A program made the translations under genes and the position numbers. Below, in pieces: positions 1 through 10,881 of a DNA stretch of 64,000 nt. Source of the DNA: Archaeoglobi archaeon JdFR-42 (GTDB taxonomy: Archaea; Halobacteriota; Archaeoglobi; Archaeoglobales; JdFR-42); NCBI GenBank assembly GCA_002010305.1, contig MTND01000026.1, positions 78,236 to 142,235 of the forward strand. Direction: 5' to 3'. The notes below the pieces were generated by a model. That model was not told where the DNA came from. It saw only the letters and a program-made list of their open reading frames with translations, and did not search any database. How positions within the stretch are numbered: the stretch's first letter is position 1; every line of letters begins with the position of its first letter.

Positions 1-270
1 CGGAGTATCCCTGAAAAAAAAGCAGAAGAATTTCTTACACTCATGAAGGACTCTATTAAATTTGCCCTGAACAATGTGGATGAGGCTTTAGACTATGCCA
101 TGAAATATTCAAGAGGAACTCCTCGAGATCTAGTAAAAAGGTTTGCCCTTATGTACGTAAACGAATACACTTATGAGATGCCTGATTCGATAAAAGAGGC
201 ATTGCAACAGTTGTTTACTATGGCCAGAGACAAGGATCTCGTAGGTAACGTTACTCTTGATATTCTGTAA
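1..270 (+). CDS. MqnA/MqnD-family menaquinone (futalosine pathway) protein, C-terminal fragment; 5' end lies outside the window
   Basis: Frame 1 is open from the window edge (89 codons). The segment 'RFALMYVNEYTYEMPDSIKEALQQLF' resembles the C-terminus of MqnA/MqnD periplasmic-binding-protein-like enzymes. Confidence 0.5.
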   Translation, partial: RSIPEKKAEEFLTLMKDSIKFALNNVDEALDYAMKYSRGTPRDLVKRFALMYVNEYTYEMPDSIKEALQQLFTMARDKDLVGNVTLDIL

Positions 271-348
271 TTTTCCTCGAACTGGATTGTAATCCAAAAG
301 ATAGAGAATGAGAAATATTTTTATGCTACTACCTTACAATCAAGGTCG

Positions 349-3090
349 ATGCTTGAGAAAGAATATCTTGAAATTACCTATTTGAAAGATAATGGTTATG
401 AACGGAAGCTATGTCCTTCGTGTAATAAGTATTTCTGGACGAAAGATACTACTAAAGAATCCTGTGGAGACCCTCCTTGTGAACCTTATTCATTTATAGG
501 TAGTCCTGTTTTTACCAAAAACTTTGATTTATCATCCATGAGAGATGAATTCATTTCCTTTTTTGAGCAAAGGGGTCACGAGAAATTGGACCCCTACCCT
601 GTTGTGGCAAGATGGAGGGACGATATATACCTCACAATTGCATCCATTGCTGACTTCCAGCCTTTTGTAACCTCAGGGGAAGTTCCACCTCCCTCTAACC
701 CCCTAGTAATATCTCAACCCTGTATCAGACTGGATGATCTTGATTCTGTTGGCAAAACCGGAAGGCACCTAACTGTCTTTGAGATGATGGCCCACCACGC
801 TTTCAACAATCCCAAAAAAGAAATCTACTGGAAAAATGAGACTGTGGCATATTGTAAAGAATTTTTGAACAGTCTTGGGGTACACGATGAAGAGATTATA
901 TTTAAAGAGGAGCCTTGGGCTGGTGGTGGAAATGCCGGACCGTGTCTTGAAACTCTCGTTGGGGGACTTGAATTAGCAACCCTTGTGTTCATGAATCTTG
1001 AAACGGCAGCGGATGGTGATATCGAGATTAAAGGGGAAAAATATAGAAAGATGGATAATTACATAGTGGATACTGGTTATGGGCTCGAAAGGTTTGTCTG
1101 GGCCAGTCAGGGCACTCCCACGGTATATGATGCCATATTTCCAGATGTTATTCAGATAATAAAACAAGAAAGTGAAGGCCTAGAAATTCTTTCAACGAAA
1201 GAAGTAGAGAAAGTAGTTGGAGAGAGTTCTAAGCTGGCCGGTATGATGAGCAGTTTAAAGGGAAAAAAGCTCGAAAACTTAAGAATTACTCTGTCCGAAC
1301 GTCTTGGGATGGAAATTTCGGAGCTTCTTGCCATCATAGATCCTATGGAAAAAATGTACGCTCTTGCAGACCACTCCAGATGCCTTCTTTTTATGCTGAA
1401 CGATGGTCTCATACCTTCAAACGCTGGAGCCGGATATCTTGCCCGACTGGTCATTAGACGATCTATAAGGATGGCTGAAGAGATTGGGTTCAAACTTCCT
1501 CTTATTGAATTGTTGAAAGCTCACATGAATGCTCTAAAAGAATTCTCTTTTGAAAAACGTCTTACTTTGATGGATAAAATCCTGAAGTCTGAAGAAGAGA
1601 AATATAGTGTCACCATATCACGAGGTATCAAGATGGTTGAAAGGCTCCTTAAAAAACAGAAAACCATTTCTGAAAATAATCTTGTAGAACTGTATGAATC
1701 CCATGGTCTCCCTCCTGAGGTTGTGAAAAACGTGGCGATGAAAACAGGTGTTGAAATTGAAATTCCAGACACTTTTTATTCAAAACTTGCCCAGCAACAT
1801 ATTAAAGGAGAGAGAGAAGAACAAGAGCTTGATCCTGAATTGATCAAACAGTACCCTCCTACTAGAAAACTGTATTATGAACAACCCTATCAGAAGAGCT
1901 TTGAAGCCATGGTGCTGGGTGTGCGAGGAAATAATATCATTTTGGACAGGACCTTGTTTTATCCAGAAGGCGGAGGTCAGATGTATGATACCGGCTACAT
2001 TCAGAGTGAGCGGGGATCTACCCGAGTAATTGAGGTTCACGAAATGGGAGATATAATCCTTCATAGAGTTGAAGACCCTTCAATGGTCAGTATCGGAGAA
2101 GTTATCAAAGGAGAGATCGACTTTGACAGACGAAAAAGACATATGCAACACCATACAGCCACTCACATAATCCTCTATGCTACAAAAAGAGTTCTGGGTG
2201 ACCATATCTGGCAAGCTGGAGCCCGGAAAGAAGAAGACAAGGCACGACTTGATATCACCCACTACAGGAAACTATCCCGGGAAGAAGTGAGAAAGATTGA
2301 AGAGATCGTCAATGAAATAGTCCGGGCCAACATCAAGGTTGAATGGAAATGGATGGATCGTATTGAAGCTGAAAAAAAATATGGGTTTACTCTCTATCAG
2401 GGTGGAGTACCGCCTGGCAAGCAGATTCGAGTGGTTCAGATCGATAGAGATGTTCAGGCATGTGGTGGCACTCATTGTTCGTATACAGGAGAGGTTGGCG
2501 TGATCAAAATTCTTAGAGCTGATAGGATACAGGACGGAGTGGACAGACTGGAATTTGCGGCTGGTTCTGCTGCCCTGAAACATATTCAGAAAAGAGATGA
2601 AATTCTGGAAGAATCAGCCAAGATACTCAGAGTAGATGTGGAAAAACTTCCAGATACTGTAAAAAGATTTTTTGAAGAATGGAAAGACCAGAAAAAGCAG
2701 ATAGAAAAGATGGTAAATAAGCTTGCCCGCCTCCAAGTAAAAGAACTTATTAAAAGAGCGGAAAAAATAGATAAGATACGACTGGTCACCGAACAATTTT
2801 CAGACATGGATCAGCAAGAGCTTATAAAGATTGGTGAAAAACTAAAAGATGAAAAAAATGTGATTGCAATTTTAATTTCCAATGGGAAATCTCTTAGAGT
2901 CGTTATTTCTGTGAATGACGAGGTGATCCAAAGAGGGATTTATGCTAATACTCTTATCCGAGTGATGTGCAGCACAATCGGTGGAGGTGGGGGGGGTAAG
3001 AGAGATCTGGCCCAGGGTGGTGGAACCAGCCCAGAAAAGGTAGAAGAAGGTATAGAGAAGGTCATCGAATATATTCAGGAGAAGATATGA
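349..3090 (+). CDS. alaS: Alanyl-tRNA synthetase (archaeal type)
   Basis: 913 aa. Editing-domain zinc motifs 'HHTATH' and 'CGGTH' are present, as is the C-terminal DHHA1-like 'GGGGGGKRDLAQGGG'. Confidence 0.97.
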   Translation: MLEKEYLEITYLKDNGYERKLCPSCNKYFWTKDTTKESCGDPPCEPYSFIGSPVFTKNFDLSSMRDEFISFFEQRGHEKLDPYPVVARWRDDIYLTIASIADFQPFVTSGEVPPPSNPLVISQPCIRLDDLDSVGKTGRHLTVFEMMAHHAFNNPKKEIYWKNETVAYCKEFLNSLGVHDEEIIFKEEPWAGGGNAGPCLETLVGGLELATLVFMNLETAADGDIEIKGEKYRKMDNYIVDTGYGLERFVWASQGTPTVYDAIFPDVIQIIKQESEGLEILSTKEVEKVVGESSKLAGMMSSLKGKKLENLRITLSERLGMEISELLAIIDPMEKMYALADHSRCLLFMLNDGLIPSNAGAGYLARLVIRRSIRMAEEIGFKLPLIELLKAHMNALKEFSFEKRLTLMDKILKSEEEKYSVTISRGIKMVERLLKKQKTISENNLVELYESHGLPPEVVKNVAMKTGVEIEIPDTFYSKLAQQHIKGEREEQELDPELIKQYPPTRKLYYEQPYQKSFEAMVLGVRGNNIILDRTLFYPEGGGQMYDTGYIQSERGSTRVIEVHEMGDIILHRVEDPSMVSIGEVIKGEIDFDRRKRHMQHHTATHIILYATKRVLGDHIWQAGARKEEDKARLDITHYRKLSREEVRKIEEIVNEIVRANIKVEWKWMDRIEAEKKYGFTLYQGGVPPGKQIRVVQIDRDVQACGGTHCSYTGEVGVIKILRADRIQDGVDRLEFAAGSAALKHIQKRDEILEESAKILRVDVEKLPDTVKRFFEEWKDQKKQIEKMVNKLARLQVKELIKRAEKIDKIRLVTEQFSDMDQQELIKIGEKLKDEKNVIAILISNGKSLRVVISVNDEVIQRGIYANTLIRVMCSTIGGGGGGKRDLAQGGGTSPEKVEEGIEKVIEYIQEKI

Positions 3091-3842
3091 TTCAGGTTTT
3101 TCCTATAAAAGGTATTCCATTCATTCAGAGGGGGGACGATCTGGGAAAAATACTGGCAGATGTTTTTGAATTCAAAGATGGAGATATACTTGCAGTTTGC
3201 TCTACAGTTGTTTCCAAAGCCGAAGGACGAGTTATTGATCTGAGTTCAATCTCACCTTCACATAAAGCAGTGGAAATCGCCAGAATAGTTAAGAAGGATC
3301 CTAGATTCGTTCAGGCTGTACTTAACGAGAGTGAAGAGATATTGTTAAAAAAACCTTTCCTATTAACCAAAGTTAAGAGTGGAAATATTTGTGTGAACGC
3401 AGGTATAGATGGTTCAAATGTGGATAAAGGCAAAGTGATCCTGCTACCAGAGGACCCTGATGCAAGTGCAGCGGGTATAAGAGACCGCATTCATTTACAT
3501 ACTGGTAAGACAGTAAGCGTTATCATCACAGATACCAATGGTAGGGCTTTTAGAAAAGGGGTAGTGGGAGTGGCCATCGGGTGTGCGGGGATCAAACCTC
3601 TAAAAGACTGGCGTGGAGAGAGAGATATTTTTGGTAATCCTTTGGAAGTGACAATAGAGGCAGTCATAGATGAACTGGCGGGTTTTGCCAATATGATTAT
3701 GGGAGAGGGTGGATGGGGTATTCCGGCTGTTGTAGTTCGGGGTCTTGAAGTGAATAGAGCAGAAAAGAGCATACAAGAGATATATCGGGATGATAAAGAG
3801 GATGTCATTGCCAGAGCATTAAGAGAGGTAAGAGATGTCTGA
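3087..3842 (+). CDS. cofE: Coenzyme F420-0:L-glutamate ligase family protein
   Basis: 251 aa with 'VVSKAEGR', 'NAGIDGSN' and 'ITDTNGRAFRKG', typical of the F420 ligase family. The start overlaps the alaS stop as ATGA. Confidence 0.8.
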   Translation: MIQVFPIKGIPFIQRGDDLGKILADVFEFKDGDILAVCSTVVSKAEGRVIDLSSISPSHKAVEIARIVKKDPRFVQAVLNESEEILLKKPFLLTKVKSGNICVNAGIDGSNVDKGKVILLPEDPDASAAGIRDRIHLHTGKTVSVIITDTNGRAFRKGVVGVAIGCAGIKPLKDWRGERDIFGNPLEVTIEAVIDELAGFANMIMGEGGWGIPAVVVRGLEVNRAEKSIQEIYRDDKEDVIARALREVRDV

Positions 3843-4012
3843 CTTTATAGATTAAATTTAAACTAAAATTGCATCTATTGAACAACTACATTATAAGTTA
3901 TATCCATAAAATTACTTTTTACAAACCCCCCTTTTAGAACGAGTGAAGAACGCTCACTATCCATTAACTTGATCTAGACAAGAGATTATAAATGGTGAGA
4001 GAATTCTAAAGT

Positions 4013-4417
4013 TTATTCTCCCTCACTCTCTTTTTTACTTCCAAAGTACTCTGTTAAAGGGACCTTTCCTGCTTTAACTACCTTAACATTAAGCTGTACA
4101 ATATCTGAAGATATAACGCGTCCTCTGACCGTTTTACGTCTCCTGATACCTTTCTCCTTAGGTCTGTATCCGTATCCACCTGAAAGCAATAGCCTTCTTC
4201 GAGTATTACCGGGTAAATCAGGTCTCATTGGAAATCCGTCTTTATCTGATCCTCCGGTAATCTGCAGTTCATAATCGGGGGGAAGGTCAAACACAGTCCC
4301 TACTACAGTATCCCCTATTTCCTTACCTATCAATTTATTGGCATTCGCACCCTTCACTACAGTTGAAAATGCCTTCCCACTTTTTGGATCCGAGATTACC
4401 ACTCTAAACTCTGCCAT
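4013..4417 (-). CDS. rps6e: 30S ribosomal protein S6e
   Basis: 134 aa with the 'ITGGSDKDGFPMR' S6e signature and a basic C-terminal half. Confidence 0.92.
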   Translation of the reverse strand: MAEFRVVISDPKSGKAFSTVVKGANANKLIGKEIGDTVVGTVFDLPPDYELQITGGSDKDGFPMRPDLPGNTRRRLLLSGGYGYRPKEKGIRRRKTVRGRVISSDIVQLNVKVVKAGKVPLTEYFGSKKESEGE

Positions 4418-4428
4418 TTTATCACCAC

Positions 4429-6201
4429 CTATTTGCCCCAGAAGGGGTTGTTTCTTCGTTTAATATTTAAAAATTCCTCAAAGACTACCATCTCATCGGA
4501 TGTCATAGATCCTGCCAGATCGGTTTCAAGAATTTTGGCATGTTTCTCAGGAATATCAACATACAGTATTTCATCTTCTTTTATCTGTCTTCCTATCATC
4601 ACACCATCGATGGAAACTGCCACTTCACTCCCAGTTTTAGCAATTCCTACATTTTCTCCCCGGTCTTGGATTCCTTTGACTTGGCCAACCACTGTACCGT
4701 TTGTTTTCATCAATTTAACGCCATTTCTCAGCTCTCCACCCAGTACCCTCACACCGGCTATTGCTGGCTTACTTCTCCGGAATATAAAATCTGGAAGTAA
4801 TTCAATCTTTCCGGGACGAATAATTGTCTCAACTTTCATTTTTTCTATTTTCTTCTGTTCTTCTTCCTCCCATTCCTTAAAATCCTCAATAAGCTTATAA
4901 ATGACATTTCCATGGAATATCCTAACATCGTAAGTGGATGCTTCTTCTTCCACACCGGGAAGGATCTTTACATTAAATCCAATTATCACCTTCAGCAAAG
5001 GGTTCTTAACAGTTCCTGCTTCTATAACATCACGTTTGGTTATATTCCCAACTTCTGCAATCCTGATTGGAATATTCTCATTTCTCAATTCATTTATTAT
5101 CGCCTCAAGAGAACCTATAGCATCTGCTTTTACAATAATTCCTTCCTCGTCAGTTTCTATCTTAATGCTCTCATATTCCTTTTTCATTTCTTTCAGGAAT
5201 TCCTCAATATCTTCTTCCTTCTCTACTGATGAGAATTCACTTCCAGCCAGAACGTTTTCGATATCCTGAGCAACAATTTTAATTCCGGCTGCAGCAGAGA
5301 CCTCATCAACCTTCTTAAACTTACTCTCAACTCGCATTTCAGCCATTTCCCGTGGCTTAAAAATACCCTTCACATGAGTTATAACTGGCTCCTCAATTCC
5401 ACCTATTATCAACTTATCACCAGTATGAAGAGTTCCATCATACAGGATGGCATCCATGGTAAGACCAATTCCCCGCTCTTCTTTAATCTCTAAAACAGTT
5501 CCTCTAGCTTTACCAGAGACATGAAGCTTCAAATTGTCTTCCAGAAATTTTTGGGCCAGTCCAACCAGAATCATCAAAAGTTCCGCCACACCTTCACCAG
5601 TCTTGGCACTGATAGGTACAACACACACCGTTCTCTGAAAATCTGTTATTCTATCAAATCGCTCAGCCTGAAAATTTGTGGAGTATAGCTCACCAATTAA
5701 CTCATAAAGCTGCTCTTCCAGTTTAGTTTTAACCATATCTTCCTGCTGATTGAAAGACTCGATAAAAGAGTAAGTGTTGAAACTCTGCCATCCTGCAATC
5801 CTGTCTATTTTATTGGCTGCAACAACGAAGGGGGTTCTTAACGCCTTGAGAATGTTTATTGCTTCATGGGTTTGAGGCTTAAATCCCTCGTTTATATCAA
5901 CAACCAGCACTGCCAGATCAGCCAGAGCACTACCCCTTCTTCTTAAATTGGTAAAAGCATGATGACCAGGGGTGTCTATAAAGAGTAACCCAGGGATAGT
6001 AACCTTGGTCCTTGACAATTTTTTACTGATGTCCATAATTACATCGATAGGGATCTCTGTAGCACCAATATGCTGTGTTATCCCCCCTGCTTCTTTCTTG
6101 ACAACCCTGGAACCCCTTATGGTGTCAAGGAGAGTTGTCTTTCCATGATCAACATGTCCGACCACTGAAACGATAGGGGTTCGTAGAGCCAAGTACAACA
6201 C
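4429..6201 (-). CDS. infB: Translation initiation factor aIF5B (IF-2)
   Basis: 590 aa with GTPase motifs 'GHVDHGKT', 'DTPGH' and 'NKID'. It has a GTG start that abuts the ndk stop. Confidence 0.95.
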   Translation of the reverse strand: MLYLALRTPIVSVVGHVDHGKTTLLDTIRGSRVVKKEAGGITQHIGATEIPIDVIMDISKKLSRTKVTIPGLLFIDTPGHHAFTNLRRRGSALADLAVLVVDINEGFKPQTHEAINILKALRTPFVVAANKIDRIAGWQSFNTYSFIESFNQQEDMVKTKLEEQLYELIGELYSTNFQAERFDRITDFQRTVCVVPISAKTGEGVAELLMILVGLAQKFLEDNLKLHVSGKARGTVLEIKEERGIGLTMDAILYDGTLHTGDKLIIGGIEEPVITHVKGIFKPREMAEMRVESKFKKVDEVSAAAGIKIVAQDIENVLAGSEFSSVEKEEDIEEFLKEMKKEYESIKIETDEEGIIVKADAIGSLEAIINELRNENIPIRIAEVGNITKRDVIEAGTVKNPLLKVIIGFNVKILPGVEEEASTYDVRIFHGNVIYKLIEDFKEWEEEEQKKIEKMKVETIIRPGKIELLPDFIFRRSKPAIAGVRVLGGELRNGVKLMKTNGTVVGQVKGIQDRGENVGIAKTGSEVAVSIDGVMIGRQIKEDEILYVDIPEKHAKILETDLAGSMTSDEMVVFEEFLNIKRRNNPFWGK

Positions 6202-6654
6202 CTATTCATAAACCCAGATTTCATCTACCAGACTATAATCAAGAATTTCTTCCTGTTTAAAAAACAGATCAATCTCCCTGATTGCAGAATCAAGAGAGTC
6301 AGATGCGTGAACAATATTCCGCCCAATATCCAAACCAAAATCTCCACGAATGGTTCCTGATCCGGCTTCCACAGGATTTGTTTTGCCCACCATTTGCCTG
6401 ACCACTAATATAGAGTTCTTGCCTTCTACCACCATAACAACCACTGGTCCTGATGTAATGTAGTCTATTAAGCCTTCAAAAAAAGGCTTTTCTCTGTGCT
6501 CTGCATAATGCCGTTCCGCTAATTCTCTCTGTATCCGAATCATTTTCAATGCAACTATTTTTAGACCCTTCTCCTCAATGCGCTGGATTATCTTGCCAAT
6601 AAGCCTTCTCTGGACACCATCTGGTTTTACCATAAGAAAGGTTCTCTCAGACAT
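6202..6654 (-). CDS. ndk: Nucleoside diphosphate kinase
   Basis: 'FLMVKPDG' and the active-site 'NIVHASDS' are present. I chose the start at 'MSERTF' (6654), which removes the overlap with rpl24e seen in the longer ORF-track call. Confidence 0.94.
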   Translation of the reverse strand: MSERTFLMVKPDGVQRRLIGKIIQRIEEKGLKIVALKMIRIQRELAERHYAEHREKPFFEGLIDYITSGPVVVMVVEGKNSILVVRQMVGKTNPVEAGSGTIRGDFGLDIGRNIVHASDSLDSAIREIDLFFKQEEILDYSLVDEIWVYE

Positions 6655-6655
6655 G

Positions 6656-6841
6656 CTACTCCCTGCTGAATTGAGTCCACCTGACATTCCTCGGGATTCT
6701 TTTCAGTTTTAACATATTCTTTTCGCATTTGGATGAGCAAAAATAAAGGATTTTTCCATCATTCTTGACGAACATTTTTCCTGTTCCAGGCTCAATCGAC
6801 TCCCCACAGAATGAGCAGTTACGTTGCTGCACTACAATCAC
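6656..6841 (-). CDS. rpl24e: 50S ribosomal protein L24e
   Basis: 61 aa with the zinc ribbon '[17 protein letters not shown]...FCSSKC'. Confidence 0.9.
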   Translation of the reverse strand: MIVVQQRNCSFCGESIEPGTGKMFVKNDGKILYFCSSKCEKNMLKLKRIPRNVRWTQFSRE

Positions 6842-7047
6842 CTTGCTGATAACTTTTTGGCCTCTCGTGCAGTTTCAAGGAGCATCAACTTATCTCCGAC
6901 CCTAACAGGGCCGATCACATTTCTTGTAATTATACGTCCTTTGTTTTGCCCTTCAAGGATTCTGCATTTTATCTGCAATGCCTCCCCGTGCATACCTGTT
7001 CTCCCAAGAATTTCTATAACTTCGGCCGCCTCTGCCTCTTCAGCCAT
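6838..7047 (-). CDS. rps28e: 30S ribosomal protein S28e
   Basis: 69 aa with '[25 protein letters not shown]'. Its stop overlaps the rpl24e start as ATGA. Confidence 0.9.
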   Translation of the reverse strand: MAEEAEAAEVIEILGRTGMHGEALQIKCRILEGQNKGRIITRNVIGPVRVGDKLMLLETAREAKKLSAR

Positions 7048-7075
7048 TTTCCAACCTCCTTAATCTACTAAAGAT

Positions 7076-7441
7076 TTACTTTTTAAGGGCATTTATCTTC
7101 TTGACAATATTTCCAAGAGCAGATTTATTGCCCCCATCGTCTATTATCGCACATGAAGCTGCAGGCACTTCTATACCACATGCAGCTCCCAGTTCATCCT
7201 TCTTTTTAACATATATGTACGGGATCTTTTTCTCTTCGCAGAGTAACGGAATGTGGGCAACAATTTCAGGGGGGTCCACATCTTCCGCTATATACACTAG
7301 CTTTGCAACTCCTCTCTCGATTGCTTTTGTCGACTCATTTGTCCCTTTTTTAATCTTTCCACTCTCTCTTACCTTTTCAAGCAACTCAAGTGCTTCGTTT
7401 TCAAGATCCTCTGGTACTTGAAATCTAACATGGATACTCAT
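7076..7441 (-). CDS. rpl7ae: 50S ribosomal protein L7Ae (kink-turn RNA binding)
   Basis: '[40 protein letters not shown]' is present. I chose the start at 'MSIHVRF' (7441). Confidence 0.93.
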   Translation of the reverse strand: MSIHVRFQVPEDLENEALELLEKVRESGKIKKGTNESTKAIERGVAKLVYIAEDVDPPEIVAHIPLLCEEKKIPYIYVKKKDELGAACGIEVPAASCAIIDDGGNKSALGNIVKKINALKK

Positions 7442-7508
7442 TTCATTCACCTCTCTCGGGTTTCCCCTCATCAATCATCGAACTGATACTCACAAAAGGT
7501 CATTTCTT

Positions 7509-8561
7509 TTAAACTTTTTGGTCTCCCAGTTCTTTCAACATAACCCGGGTACTCCGATTAAAAGCTATTTCTCCAATGGACTTACTGCTTTTCACTATAC
7601 TGTGAAGATTTTCAAGGACAAGTCTGAGATACAAAGAGATATCCCGATCGAGATTTTCATTGAGAATCTTCTCTTTGATAAACTCTACAATTTTGTTTTC
7701 TATCTCAATAAACCTCCGGATGGACATCTCAGAATTCATCAGGTTTTCTGCGAAAAAACTATCAGTTACCTGTTCAAAGGAATCAAAAACCAGTTTCATA
7801 AGATCTATAAGATCGTCTAGGATCGACTGTTCCACATCCATTTCTATAACGTGACTGGCATAATGGGCTATCGCTGAAATATTATCTCCGATCTCCTCAA
7901 GATATTTAGCCACCAACCGGTGGCCAAGAATAAGTCTAAGCTCATCCCAGCCTCTCAACCCAGAAATCCTTCTGAGTATTTTATTTTCTTGCCTAACTGC
8001 AAGGAGATACAACCGGTCTGCATCTTTCTCAAACCGGACTATGGAATTTACAACTTCCAGATCTCTTTCCTTGAAAATAGATTTCAACCCAGAATACATA
8101 GAAATGATTAGCTGGGCAAGCCTCCTCAAAACCTCTTCTATGGGCAGACCCTCAATAGTCAGACAGCGTATTACGATCTCCTTCGATGAGACACTTATAA
8201 TTTCCATCCCTACGAGCTCTCTGACAATTTCACTGAGAGCACCTATGATCTTTGGATCTATTTTTTCGCCTACAATCTGAATCTGATCTACTCCCAGAAT
8301 ATAATGGGCATAAATGTATCTTCTGAGAAAATCTTCATCTTCCATGGGAAAGCGAGATATTCTCGCAATTTCATCTCCAATATCCTGAATCTGGAGATGC
8401 TCAGGCAATATTTTAAGACTGCCATCTGGTTCCCTTACAAGGAGTATGGTATCTCCCTGTGAAAGCTCATTGGATTTTATCCAGTCTTTTGGTAGACTCA
8501 CCATATAACTTGAACCGCCTATAAATTGCAATTTCCTGTATTCAGTTTCTCTTTCCTCCAC
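7509..8561 (-). CDS. AbrB/SpoVT-domain plus PhoU-repeat regulator (archaeal PhoU-like)
   Basis: 350 aa. The N-terminal 'GGSSYMVSLPKDWIKSNELSQGDTILL' is a swapped-hairpin AbrB-type motif, followed by helical PhoU-like repeats. Confidence 0.75.
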   Translation of the reverse strand: MEERETEYRKLQFIGGSSYMVSLPKDWIKSNELSQGDTILLVREPDGSLKILPEHLQIQDIGDEIARISRFPMEDEDFLRRYIYAHYILGVDQIQIVGEKIDPKIIGALSEIVRELVGMEIISVSSKEIVIRCLTIEGLPIEEVLRRLAQLIISMYSGLKSIFKERDLEVVNSIVRFEKDADRLYLLAVRQENKILRRISGLRGWDELRLILGHRLVAKYLEEIGDNISAIAHYASHVIEMDVEQSILDDLIDLMKLVFDSFEQVTDSFFAENLMNSEMSIRRFIEIENKIVEFIKEKILNENLDRDISLYLRLVLENLHSIVKSSKSIGEIAFNRSTRVMLKELGDQKV

Positions 8562-8672
8562 AACTTATCACCTTTTATGTTTAGTATCCCATAAGTATTA
8601 TTTGCTGGATATAAGTATGACATATTAGCAATATATATTTTTTGCCAACTTCAGTGATAAAAAATCAAAAGG

Positions 8673-8680
8673 TTTATAGA
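8673..8680 (+). promoter_or_regulatory. TATA-box-like element upstream of the kor operon
   Basis: 'TTTATAGA' lies about 75 nt upstream of the korD ATG. A 'GGGGGAATTAGG' Shine-Dalgarno-like tract precedes the ATG. Confidence 0.25.
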
Positions 8681-8754
8681 TGATTTCCCTTACATCTCCT
8701 TGGATAAAAAGTAGAATTGGCTAATTTGAGCCCTCTAAAGGGGGAATTAGGATA

Positions 8755-8955
8755 ATGTCTGTAAAAATTAACATCGATAGGAATTTGTGCAAAGCATGTG
8801 GAATATGTGTGGATTTATGTCCAACCATTGTCTTTGAGTATGAGGATAGTCAAAACTTTCCGGTTCCAGCACATGTCGATAAATGCATAAAATGTATGTT
8901 ATGTGAACTACGATGCCCCGACTTTGCTGTTGAGGTTATTATAGAGGAGGACTGA
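8755..8955 (+). CDS. korD: 2-oxoacid:ferredoxin oxidoreductase delta subunit (2x[4Fe-4S] ferredoxin)
   Basis: 66 aa with 'CKACGICVDLCP' and 'CIKCMLCELRCP'. Confidence 0.85.
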   Translation: MSVKINIDRNLCKACGICVDLCPTIVFEYEDSQNFPVPAHVDKCIKCMLCELRCPDFAVEVIIEED

Positions 8956-8956
8956 A

Positions 8957-10075
8957 ATGGAAAAAGTAAGACTGATACAAGGTAATGAAGCTTGTGTGGA
9001 AGGGGCTCTTGCAGCCGGATGTACATTTTTTGCGGGTTATCCGATAACACCTTCATCTGAGATCGCTGAGTTGATGGCATTCCATCTCCCACGCCACGAT
9101 GGCGTATTTATACAGATGGAAGATGAGATAGGAAGCATAGCAGCCATTATTGGGGCATCTATTGCAGGAAAAAAAGCAATGACTGCCACTTCTGGACCTG
9201 GATTTAGTCTGATGCAGGAAAACTTGGGTTTCGCTGCAATGGCAGAAATACCAATAGTGATTGTCAATGTCCAGAGGGGGGGGCCAAGTACAGGAAGGCC
9301 TACCGCCCCTGCTCAGGGTGATGTCATGCAGACTAGATGGGGGACCCATGGAGACCATCCTATTGTAGTGTACTCTCCAACCTCTGTTCAGGAAACATTT
9401 GAGCTTACTGTCCAGAGTTTCAACGTTGCGGAAATGCTGAGAACCCCAGTTATATTGCTTTCAGATGAAGTTATCGCACATATGAGAGAGCGATTTCAAT
9501 ATCCGGAGAACGTTACAGTGATTGATCGAAAAAGGCCAAAAAAGGATGAGAAGGAATATCTACCTTACAAAGATGATGGTAGTGGTATCCCTCCTATGGC
9601 TGATTTTGGAACTGGTTACAGATATCATATAACCGGGTTGATTCATGATGAGAGTGGATATCCAAGTGAAGACCCAGAAATCCAGAGAAAACTCCTTGAA
9701 AGGTTGATGGGAAAAACGGAAAGATATAAAGATGAAATTACTCTTATTGATGAATATTTTACTGATGACATGAATGTAGTGGTTGTGAGTTATGGTTGTT
9801 CCTTCAGATCGGCTATCCATGCAGTCAAAACACTCAGAAAGGAGGGGATCAAAGCGGGGTGTATCAAACTGAAGTCTTTATGGCCTTTTCCCAAAGAGAC
9901 AATTACAAAGATTAGTGAGGGAGTAAAGGGGATTGTAGTACCCGAACTCAATTTTGAACAGATTGCATCAGAGATCAGAAAATATGTTGATGTACCTGTT
10001 AAGGGCGTGAATCGGTATGATGGTAGTGTGATAAGACCCTTTGAAATCGAGAAGACTGTAAGGGGGTTGCTGTAA
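8957..10075 (+). CDS. korA: 2-oxoglutarate:ferredoxin oxidoreductase alpha subunit
   Basis: 372 aa with 'GYPITPSSEI' and 'TATSGPGFSLM', typical of OFOR alpha subunits. The delta-alpha-beta-gamma gene order and adjacency to sucCD favour 2-oxoglutarate as substrate, but specificity was not proven. Confidence 0.88.
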   Translation: MEKVRLIQGNEACVEGALAAGCTFFAGYPITPSSEIAELMAFHLPRHDGVFIQMEDEIGSIAAIIGASIAGKKAMTATSGPGFSLMQENLGFAAMAEIPIVIVNVQRGGPSTGRPTAPAQGDVMQTRWGTHGDHPIVVYSPTSVQETFELTVQSFNVAEMLRTPVILLSDEVIAHMRERFQYPENVTVIDRKRPKKDEKEYLPYKDDGSGIPPMADFGTGYRYHITGLIHDESGYPSEDPEIQRKLLERLMGKTERYKDEITLIDEYFTDDMNVVVVSYGCSFRSAIHAVKTLRKEGIKAGCIKLKSLWPFPKETITKISEGVKGIVVPELNFEQIASEIRKYVDVPVKGVNRYDGSVIRPFEIEKTVRGLL

Positions 10076-10875
10076 TGAGGGCATCATTAAAATCATACTT
10101 CCGGACAGGAAAACTTCCTCATTTTCTGTGTCCTGGTTGTGGACATGGCGCCATAATGGGTGCCCTTGTCAGGGCCATTGATCAGCTTGGTCTTGATAGA
10201 AATAATGTTGTGGTGATTTCTGGTATTGGGTGTGCCGGTAGGAGTTCCAGCTTCATGGATTTCAATACCCTCCATACGACTCATGGGAGGGCACTGGCTT
10301 TTGCCACAGGCTTAAAACTGGCTAATCCAGATTTGGACATTTTTGTCTTCATGGGTGATGGAGATAGCTCGGCTATAGGAGGAAATCATCTGATTCACGC
10401 AGCACGGAGGAATATCGATCTCAATGCAATCGTGGCCAATAATAGTATATATGGTATGACCGGAGGACAGTATTCTCCTACCACCCCTGAAGGCATGTTT
10501 TCCACGACAGCCCCATATGGGAATATAGAGCCCCCTATGGATATCGCAGGAGTTACTGCAGCAGCAGGTGCCAGCTACGTAGCGAGATGGAGTGTGTTCC
10601 ATATCAAACAGGTAATAAAATCAATAGTAGAAGGATACAACAACAAAGGATTCTCCCTGATTGAAGTAATATCTCAGTGTCCCACATATTTTGGAAGGAA
10701 AAACAGGCTGGGATCCCCTTCAAGGATGATCCAGTGGCAGAAAGAGCGATCTGTTACACTGTCCAAAGCTAGAGAGATGAATGAAGAAGAACTGAAAGAC
10801 AAATTTGTTGTAGGTGTTATTGCCAGAAGAGAGCGGGAAGAGTTCTCGAAAAAAATATACTCCTTAATGAGGTGA
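10075..10875 (+). CDS. korB: 2-oxoglutarate:ferredoxin oxidoreductase beta subunit (TPP-binding)
   Basis: 266 aa with 'CPGCGHG' and the TPP motif 'GDGD...IGGNH'. Confidence 0.9.
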   Translation: MRASLKSYFRTGKLPHFLCPGCGHGAIMGALVRAIDQLGLDRNNVVVISGIGCAGRSSSFMDFNTLHTTHGRALAFATGLKLANPDLDIFVFMGDGDSSAIGGNHLIHAARRNIDLNAIVANNSIYGMTGGQYSPTTPEGMFSTTAPYGNIEPPMDIAGVTAAAGASYVARWSVFHIKQVIKSIVEGYNNKGFSLIEVISQCPTYFGRKNRLGSPSRMIQWQKERSVTLSKAREMNEEELKDKFVVGVIARREREEFSKKIYSLMR

Positions 10876-10881
10876 TGATAG

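Noticed and set aside
2986-2996. A G-rich homopolymer run inside alaS, with similar runs at 9276..9283 in korA and a C7/G7 run at 58244..58250 just after the start of the membrane paralog.
   Set aside because: All are in frame and encode the expected Gly- or Pro-rich motifs. There is no evidence of frameshifting or phase variation.
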